This document shows positions 55,262 to 64,000 of a DNA stretch of 64,000 bases, in pieces. Position numbers and translations under genes: made by a program. The stretch is from contig CAXKVF010000084.1 of assembly GCA_964057225.1 (NCBI GenBank), positions 248,001 through 312,000 on the forward strand, in the 5' to 3' direction. Within the stretch, counting starts at the first letter, position 1. Each line of letters opens with the position of its first letter. This DNA is from Auanema rhodensis. Taxonomy: Eukaryota > Animalia > Nematoda. The notes beneath the pieces were generated by a model that worked only from the letters and a program-made list of their open reading frames with translations, was not told the origin of the DNA and did no database searches.

Positions 55262-58200
55262 GTCATGGTTACCATGAACCAATATCAATAAAAATTTGTT
55301 CTTAGACTAATATGGACATGGGGAATCTAATTTTGAAAACCGCATCTCTTTATCTTTCACGTGAAGCGAGTTACATACCAAGTGCACATCACGTGTACAT
55401 TTAATTAGCATAAATTAAAGTTCACGTAAATTTCAAAGTCATGGTTACCATGAACCAATATCAATAAAAATTTGTTTTTAGACTAATATGGACATGGGGA
55501 ATCTAATTTTGAAAACCGCATCTCTTTATCTTTCACGTGAAGCGAGTTACATACCAAGTGCACATCACGTGTACATTTAATTAGCATAAATTAAAGTTCA
55601 CGTAAATTTCAAAGTCATGGTTACCATGCACCAATATCAATAAAAATTTGTTTTTAGACTAATATGGACATGGGGAATCTAATTTTGAAAACCGCATCTC
55701 TTTATCTTTCACGTTGAGCGAGTTACATACCAAGTGCACATCACGTGTACATTTAATTAGCATGAATTAAAGTTCACGTAAATTTTGTTTTTAGACTAAT
55801 ATGGACATGGGGAATCTAATTTTGAAAACCGCATCTCTTTATCTTCCACGTGAAGCGAGTTACATACCAAGTGCACATCACGTGTACATTTAATTAGCAA
55901 AAATTAAAGTTCACGTAAATTTCAAAGTCATGGTTACCATGAACCAATATCAATAAAAATTTGTTTTTAGACTAATATGGACATGGGGAATCTAATTTTG
56001 GAAACCGCATCTCTTTATCTTTCACGTGAAGCGAGTTACATACCAAGTGCACATCACGTGTACATTTAATTAGCATAAATTAGAGTTCACGTAAATTTCA
56101 AAGTCATGGTTACCATGAACCAATATCAATAAAAATTTGTTTTTAGACTAATATGGACATGGGGAATCTAATTTTGAAAACCGCATCTCTTTATCTTTCA
56201 CGTGAAGCGAGTTACATACCAAGTGCACATCACGTGTACATTTAATTAGCATAAATTAAAGTTCACGTAAATTTCAAAGTCATGGTTACCATGAACCAAT
56301 ATCAATAAAAATTTGTTCTTAGACTAATATGGACATGGGGAATCTAATTTTGAAAACCGCATCTCTTTATCTTTCACGTGAAGCGAGTTACATACCAAGT
56401 GCACATCACGTGTACATTTAATTAGCATAAATTAAAGTTCACGTAAATTTCAAAGTCATGGTTACCATGAACCAATATCAATAAAAATTTGTTTTTAGAC
56501 TAATATGGACATGGGGAATCTAATTTTGAAAACCGCATCTCTTTATCTTTCACGTGAAGCGAGTTACATACCAAGTGCACATCACGTGTACATTTAATTA
56601 GCATAAATTAAAGTTCACGTAAATTTCAAAGTCATGGTTACCATGAACCAATATCAATAAAAATTTGTTTTTAGACTAATATGGACATGGGAAATCTAAT
56701 TTTGAAAACCGCATCTCTTCATCTTTCACGTGAAGCGAGTTACATACCAAGTGCACATCACGTGTACATTTAATTAGCATAAATTAAAGTTCACGTATAT
56801 TCCAAAGTCATGGTTACCATGAACTAATATCAATAAAAATTTGTTTTTAGACTAATATGGACATGGGGAATCTAATTTTGAAAACCGCATCTCTTTATCT
56901 TTCACGTGAAGCGAGTTACATACCAAGTGCACATCACGTGTACATTTAATTAGCATAAATTAAAGTTCACGTAAATTTCAAAGTCATGGTTACCATGAAC
57001 CAATATCAATAAAAATTTGTTCTTAGACTAATGTGGACATGGGGAATCTAATTTTGAAAACCGCATCTCTTTATCTTTCACGTGAAGCGAGTTACATACC
57101 AAGTGCACATCACGTGTACATTTAATTAGCATAAATTAAAGTTCACGTAAATTTCAAAGTCATGGTTACCATGAACCAATATCAATAAAAATTTGTTTTT
57201 AGACTAATATGGACATGGGGAATCTAATTTTGAAAACCGCATCTCTTTATCTTTCACGTGAAGCGAGTTACATACCAAGTGCACATCACGTGTACATTTA
57301 ATTAGCATAAATTAAAGTTCACGTAAATTTCAAAGTCATGGTTACCATGCACCAATATCAATAAAAATTTGTTTTTAGACTAATATGGACATGGGGAATC
57401 TAATTTTGAAAACCGCATCTCTTTATCTTTCACGTTGAGCGAGTTACATACCAAGTGCACATCACGTGTACATTTAATTAGCATGAATTAAAGTTCACGT
57501 AAATTTTGTTTTTAGACTAATATGGACATGGGGAATCTAATTTTGAAAACCGCATCTCTTTATCTTCCACGTGAAGCGAGTTACATACCAAGTGCACATC
57601 ACGTGTACATTTAATTAGCAAAAATTAAAGTTCACGTAAATTTCAAAGTCATGGTTACCATGAACCAATATCAATAAAAATTTGTTTTTAGACTAATATG
57701 GACATGGGGAATCTAATTTTGGAAACCGCATCTCTTTATCTTTCACGTGAAGCGAGTTACATACCAAGTGCACATCACGTGTACATTTAATTAGCATAAA
57801 TTAAAGTTCACGTAAATTTCAAAGTCATGGTTACCATGAACCAATATCAATAAAAATTTGTTTTTAGACTAATATGGACATGGGGAATCTAATTTTGAAA
57901 ACCGCATCTCTTTATCTTTCACGTGAAGCGAGTTACATACCAAGTGCACATCACGTGTACATTTAATTAGCATAAATTACAGTTCACGTAAATTTCAAAG
58001 TCATGGTTACCATGAACCAATATCAATAAAAATTTGTTCTTAGACTAATATGGACATGGGGAATCTAATTTTGAAAACCGCATCTCTTTATCTTTCACGT
58101 GAAGCGAGTTACATACCAAGTGCACATCACGTGTACATTTAATTAGCATAAATTAAAGTTCACGTAAATTTCAAAGTCATGGTTACCATGAACCAATATC

Positions 58201-60599
58201 AATAAAAATTTGTTTTTAGACTAATATGGACATGGGGAATCTAATTTTGAAAACCGCATCTCTTTATCTTTCACGTGAAGCGAGTTACATACCAAGTGCA
58301 CATCACGTGTACATTTAATTAGCATAAATTAAAGTTCACGTAAATTTCAAAGTCATGGTTACCATGAACCAATATCAATAAAAATTTGTTTTTAGACTAA
58401 TATGGACATGGGAAATCTAATTTTGAAAACCGCATCTCTTCATCTTTCACGTGAAGCGAGTTACATACCAAGTGCACATCACGTGTACATTTAATTAGCA
58501 TAAATTAAAGTTCACGTATATTCCAAAGTCATGGTTACCATGAACTAATATCAATAAAAATTTGTTTTTAGACTAATATGGACATGGGGAATCTAATTTT
58601 GAAAACCGCATCTCTTTATCTTTCACGTGAAGCGAGTTACATACCAAGTGCACATCACGTGTACATTTAATTAGCATAAATTAAAGTTCACGTAAATTTC
58701 AAAGTCATGGTTACCATGAACCAATATCAATAAAAATTTGTTTTTAGACTAATATGGACATGGGGAATCTAATTTTGAAAACCGCATCTCTTTATCTTTC
58801 ACGTGAAGCGAGTTACATACCAAGTGCACATCACGTGTACATTTAATTAGCATAAATTAAAGTTCACGTAAATTTCAAAGTCATGGTTACCATGAACCAA
58901 TATCAATAAAAATTTGTTCTTAGACTAATATGGACATGGGGAATCTAATTTTGAAAACCGCATCTCTTTATCTTTCACGTGAAGCGAGTTACATACCAAG
59001 TGCACATCACGTGTACATTTAATTAGCATAAATTAAAGTTCACGTAAATTTCAAAGTCATGGTTACCATGAACCAATATCAATAAAAATTTGTTTTTAGA
59101 CTAATATGGACATGGGGAATCTAATTTTGAAAACCGCATCTCTTTATCTTTCACGTGAAGCGAGTTACATACCAAGTGCACATCACGTGTACATTTAATT
59201 AGCATAAATTAAAGTTCACGTAAATTTCAAAGTCATGGTTACCATGCACCAATATCAATAAAATTTGTTTTTAGACTAATATGGACATGGGGAATCTAAT
59301 TTTGAAAACCGCATCTCTTTATCTTTCACGTTGAGCGAGTTACATACCAAGTGCACATCACGTGTACATTTAATTAGCATGAATTAAAGTTCACGTAAAT
59401 TTTGTTTTTAGACTAATATGGACATGGGGAATCTAATTTTGAAAACCGCATCTCTTTATCTTCCACGTGAAGCGAGTTACATACCAAGTGCACATCACGT
59501 GTACATTTAATTAGCAAAAATTAAAGTTCACGTAAATTTCAAAGTCATGGTTACCATGAACCAATATCAATAAAAATTTGTTTTTAGACTAATATGGACA
59601 TGGGGAATCTAATTTTGGAAACCGCATCTCTTTATCTTTCACGTGAAGCGAGTTACATACCAAGTGCACATCACGTGTACATTTAATTAGCATAAATTAG
59701 AGTTCACGTAAATTTCAAAGTCATGGTTACCATGAACCAATATCAATAAAAATTTGTTTTTAGACTAATATGGACATGGGGAATCTAATTTTGAAAACCG
59801 CATCTCTTTATCTTTCACGTGAAGCGAGTTACATACCAAGTGCACATCACGTGTACATTTAATTAGCATAAATTAAAGTTCACGTAAATTTCAAAGTCAT
59901 GGTTACCATGAACCAATATCAATAAAAATTTGTTCTTAGACTAATATGGACATGGGGAATCTAATTTTGAAAACCGCATCTCTTTATCTTTCACGTGAAG
60001 CGAGTTACATACCAAGTGCACATCACGTGTACATTTAATTAGCATAAATTAAAGTTCACGTAAATTTCAAAGTCATGGTTACCATGAACCAATATCAATA
60101 AAAATTTGTTTTTAGACTAATATGGACATGGGGAATCTAATTTTGAAAACCGCATCTCTTTATCTTTCACGTGAAGCGAGTTACATACCAAGTGCACATC
60201 ACGTGTACATTTAATTAGCATAAATTAAAGTTCACGTAAATTTCAAAGTCATGGTTACCATGAACCAATATCAATAAAAATTTGTTTTTAGACTAATATG
60301 GACATGGGAAATCTAATTTTGAAAACCGCATCTCTTCATCTTTCACGTGAAGCGAGTTACATACCAAGTGCACATCACGTGTACATTTAATTAGCATAAA
60401 TTAAAGTTCACGTATATTCCAAAGTCATGGTTACCATGAACTAATATCAATAAAAATTTGTTTTTAGACTAATATGGACATGGGGAATCTAATTTTGAAA
60501 ACCGCATCTCTTTATCTTTCACGTGAAGCGAGTTACATACCAAGTGCACATCACGTGTACATTTAATTAGCATAAATTAAAGTTCACGTAAATTTCAAA
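55262..60599 (+). repeat. 10/11-monomer higher-order repeat x3, marked by a 39-bp deletion
   Basis: The same junction cacgtaaattttgtttttag occurs at about 55783, 57504 and 59400 (spacing 1721 and 1896 bp). Shared variants are T40C, cacgttgagc, A151G, T96C, T150A, A75G, G62A+T90C+A168T+T172C and C19T. Confidence 0.92.
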
Positions 60600-63500
60600 G
60601 TCATGGTTACCATGAACCAATATCAATAAAAATTTGTTTTTAGACTAATATGGACATGGGGAATCTAATTTTGAACACCGCATCTCTTTATCTTTCACGT
60701 GAAGCGAGTTACATACCAAGTGCACATCACGTGTACATTTAATTAGCATAAATTAAAGTTCACGTAAATTTCAAAGTCATGGTTACCATGAACCAATATC
60801 AATAAAAATTTGTTTTTAGACTAATATGGACATGGGGAATCTAATTTTGAAAACCGCATCTCTTTATCTTTCACGTGAAGCGAGTTACATACCAAGTGCA
60901 CATCACGTGTACATTTAATTAGCATAAATTAAAGTTCACGTAAATTTCAAAGTCATGGTTACCATGAACCAATATCAATAAAAATTTGTTTTTAGACTAA
61001 TATGGACATGGGGAATCTAATTTTGAAAACCGCATCTCTTTATCTTTCACGTGAAGCGAGTTACATACCAAGTGCACATCACGTGTACATTTAATTAGCA
61101 TAAATTAAAGTTCACGTAAATTTCAAAGTCATGGTTACCATGAACCAATATCAATAAAAATTTGTTTTTAGACTAATATGGACATGGGGAATCTAATTTT
61201 GAAAACCGCATCTCTTTATCTTTCACGTGAAGCGAGTTACATACCAAGTGCACATCACGTGTACATTTAATTAGCATAAATTAAAGTTCACGTAAATTTC
61301 AAAGTCATGGTTACCATGCACCAATATCAATAAAAATTTGTTTTTAGACTAATATGGACATGGGGAATCTAATTTTGAAAACCGCATCTCTTTATCTTTC
61401 ACGTGAAGCGAGTTACATACCAAGTGCACATCACGTGTACATTTAATTAGCATAAATTAAAGTTCACGTAAATTTCAAAGTCATGGTTACCATGCACCAA
61501 TATCAATAAAAATTTGTTTTTAGACTAATATGGACATGGGGAATCTAATTTTGAAAACCGCATCTCTTTATCTTTCACGTGAAGCGAGTTACATACCAAG
61601 TGCACATCACGTGTACATTTAATTAGCATAAATTAAAGTTCACGTAAATTTCAAAGTCATGGTTACCATGAAGCAATATCAATAAAAATTTGTTTTTAGA
61701 CTAATATGGACATGGGGAATCTAATTTTGAAAACCGCATCTCTTTATCTTTCACGTGAAACGAGTTACATACCAAGTGCACATCACGTGTACATTTAATT
61801 AGCATAAATTAAAGTTCACGTAAATTTCAAAGTCATGGTTACCATGAACCAATATCAATAAAAATTTGTTTTTAGACTAATATGGACATGGGGAATCTAA
61901 TTTTGAAAACCGCATCTCTTTATCTTTCACGTGAAGCGAGTTACATACCAAGTGCACATCATGTGTACATTTAATTAGCATAAATTAAAGTTCACGTAAA
62001 TTTCAAAGTCATGGTTACCATGCACCAATATCAATAAAAATTTGTTTTTAGACTAATATGGACATGGGGAATCTAATTTTGAAAACCGCATCTCTTTATC
62101 TTTCACGTGAAGCGAGTTACATACCAAGTGCACATCACGTGTACATTTAATTAGCATAAATTAAAGTTCACGTAAATTTCAAAGTCATGGTTACCATGAA
62201 CCAATATCAATAAAAATTTGTTTTTAGACTAATATGGACATGGGGAATCTAATTTTGAAAACCGCATCTCTTTATCTTTCACGTGAAGCGAGTTACATAC
62301 CAAGTGCACATCACGTGTACATTTAATTAGCATAAATTAAAGTTCACGTAAATTTCAAAGTCATGGTTACCATGAACCAATATCAATAAAAATTTGTTTT
62401 TAGACTAATATGGACATGGGAAATCTAATTTTGAAAACCGCATCTCTTCATCTTTCACGTGAAGCGAGTTACATACCAAGTGCACATCACGTGTACATTT
62501 AATTAGCATAAATTAAAGTTCACGTAAATTTCAAAGTCATGGTTACCATGCACCAATATCAATAAAAATTTGTTTTTAGACTAATATGGACATGGGGAAT
62601 CTAATTTTGAAAACCGCATCTCTTTATCTTTCACGTGAAGCGAGTTACATACCAAGTGCACATCACGTGTACATTTAATTAGCATAAATTAAAGTTCACG
62701 TAAATTTCAAAGTCATGGTTACCATGCACCAATATCAATAAAAATTTGTTTTTAGACTAATATGGACATGGGGAATCTAATTTTGAAAACCGCATCTCTT
62801 TATCTTTCACGTGAAGCGAGTTACATACCAAGTGCACATCACGTGTACATTTAATTAGCATAAATTAAAGTTCACGTAAATTTCAAAGTCATGGTTACCA
62901 TGAAGCAATATCAATAAAAATTTGTTTTTAGACTAATATGGACATGGGGAATCTAATTTTGAAAACCGCATCTCTTTATCTTTCACGTGAAACGAGTTAC
63001 ATACCAAGTGCACATCACGTGTACATTTAATTAGCATAAATTAAAGTTCACGTAAATTTCAAAGTCATGGTTACCATGAACCAATATCAATAAAAATTTG
63101 TTTTTAGACTAATATGGACATGGGGAATCTAATTTTGAAAACCGCATCTCTTTATCTTTCACGTGAAGCGAGTTACATACCAAGTGCACATCACGTGTAC
63201 ATTTAATTAGCATAAATTAAAGTTCACGTAAATTTCAAAGTCATGGTTACCATGCACCAATATCAATAAAAATTTGTTTTTAGACTAATATGGACATGGA
63301 GAATCTAATTTTGAAAACCGCATCTCTTTATCTTTCACGTGAAGCGAGTTACATACCAAGTGCACATCACGTGTACATTTAATTAGCATAAATTAAAGTT
63401 CACGTAAATTTCAAAGTCATGGTTACCATGAAGCAATATCAATAAAAATTTGTTTTTAGACTAATATGGACATGGGGAATCTAATTTTGAAAACCGCATC

Positions 63501-64000
63501 TCTTTATCTTTCACGTGAAGCGAGTTACATACCAAGTGCACATCACGTGTACATTTAATTAGCATAAATTAAAGTTCACGTAAATTTCAAAGTCATGGTT
63601 ACCATGAACCAATATCAATAAAAATTTGTTTTTAGACTAATATGGACATGGGGAATCTAATTTTGAAAACCGCATTTCTTTATCTTTCACGTGAAGCGAG
63701 TTACATACCAAGTGCACATCACGTGTACATTTAATTAGCATAAATTAAAGTTCACGTAAAATTCAAAGTCATGGTTACCATGAACCAATATCAATAAAAA
63801 TTTGTTTTTAGACTAATATGGACATGGGGAATCTAATTTTGAAAACCGCATCTTTTTATCTTTCACGTGAAGCGAGTTACATACCAAGTGCACATCACGT
63901 GTACATTTAATTAGCATAAATTAAAGTTCACGTAAATTTCAAAGTCATGGTTACCATGAACCAATATCAATAAAAATTTGTTTTTAGACTAATATGGACA

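Larger units (their letters stand above)
1..64000 (+). repeat. 176-bp tandem satellite DNA array (364 monomers + partial), highly homogeneous; candidate centromeric/heterochromatic satellite
   Basis: gtcatggttacc recurs at 1, 177, 353 ... and 15 monomers span exactly 2640 bp (identical line starts at 1, 2641, 5281, 7921 ...). The last unit starts at 63944 = 1 + 364x176 - 121, and the 121 bp are fully explained by 4x1-bp and 3x39-bp deletions. 56/176 G+C. The array runs off both window ends. The centromeric role is inferred only. Confidence 0.99.

Noticed and set aside
16-63255. A/C pattern at position 16 as an information-bearing code or fixed dimer HOR
   Set aside because: There is no constant period across the window. 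The pattern is explained by the local duplications traced with rarer markers.
1-64000. Protein-coding repeat ORF on either strand
   Set aside because: 176 is not a multiple of 3, so any frame cycles through all three phases. The monomer has many TAA/TAG/TGA on the plus strand and TTA/CTA/TCA (minus-strand stops), so no long ORF is possible.
1-64000. CRISPR array or other repeat-spacer system
   Set aside because: There are palindromic segments but no unique spacers. The entire 176 bp is repeated and no cas or other genes are present.
1-64000. Purely synthetic or collapsed-assembly repeat
   Set aside because: Linked private variants, nested duplications and a regional domain structure are what a natural, long-read-resolved array looks like. 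Individual duplications still need read validation.

Overview
The whole 64-kb window is one uninterrupted head-to-tail tandem array of a 176-bp AT-rich monomer (~32% GC): 364 units plus a 57-bp partial unit, all on one strand. Consensus (1-176): gtcatggttaccatg[a/c]accaatatcaataaaaatttgtttttagactaatatggacatggggaatctaattttgaaaaccgcatctctttatctttcacgtgaagcgagttacataccaagtgcacatcacgtgtacatttaattagcataaattaaagttcacgtaaatttcaaa. I found no genes, RNA genes, transposons, CRISPR spacers or unique sequence. Most units differ from the consensus by 0-4 substitutions. The only length changes are four 1-bp deletions and three copies of one 39-bp deletion. This is eukaryotic-type satellite DNA. Its nucleosome-sized monomer and extreme homogeneity make it a candidate centromeric satellite, but that is inference, and I do not recognise the family or the species. 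Two kinds of structure stand out. (i) The monomer is packed with dyads, three TCACGT(G) E-box cores 32-33 bp apart, and a 15-bp palindrome resembling an RFX X-box half-site. (ii) Rare variants record nested local duplications (2-, 3-, 4-, 5-, 7-, 10/11-, 16/17- and 19-29-mer offsets) and two variant domains that switch at about 30 kb. Variants are written as monomer position, e.g. G44A. All tallies were done by eye and should be confirmed computationally.
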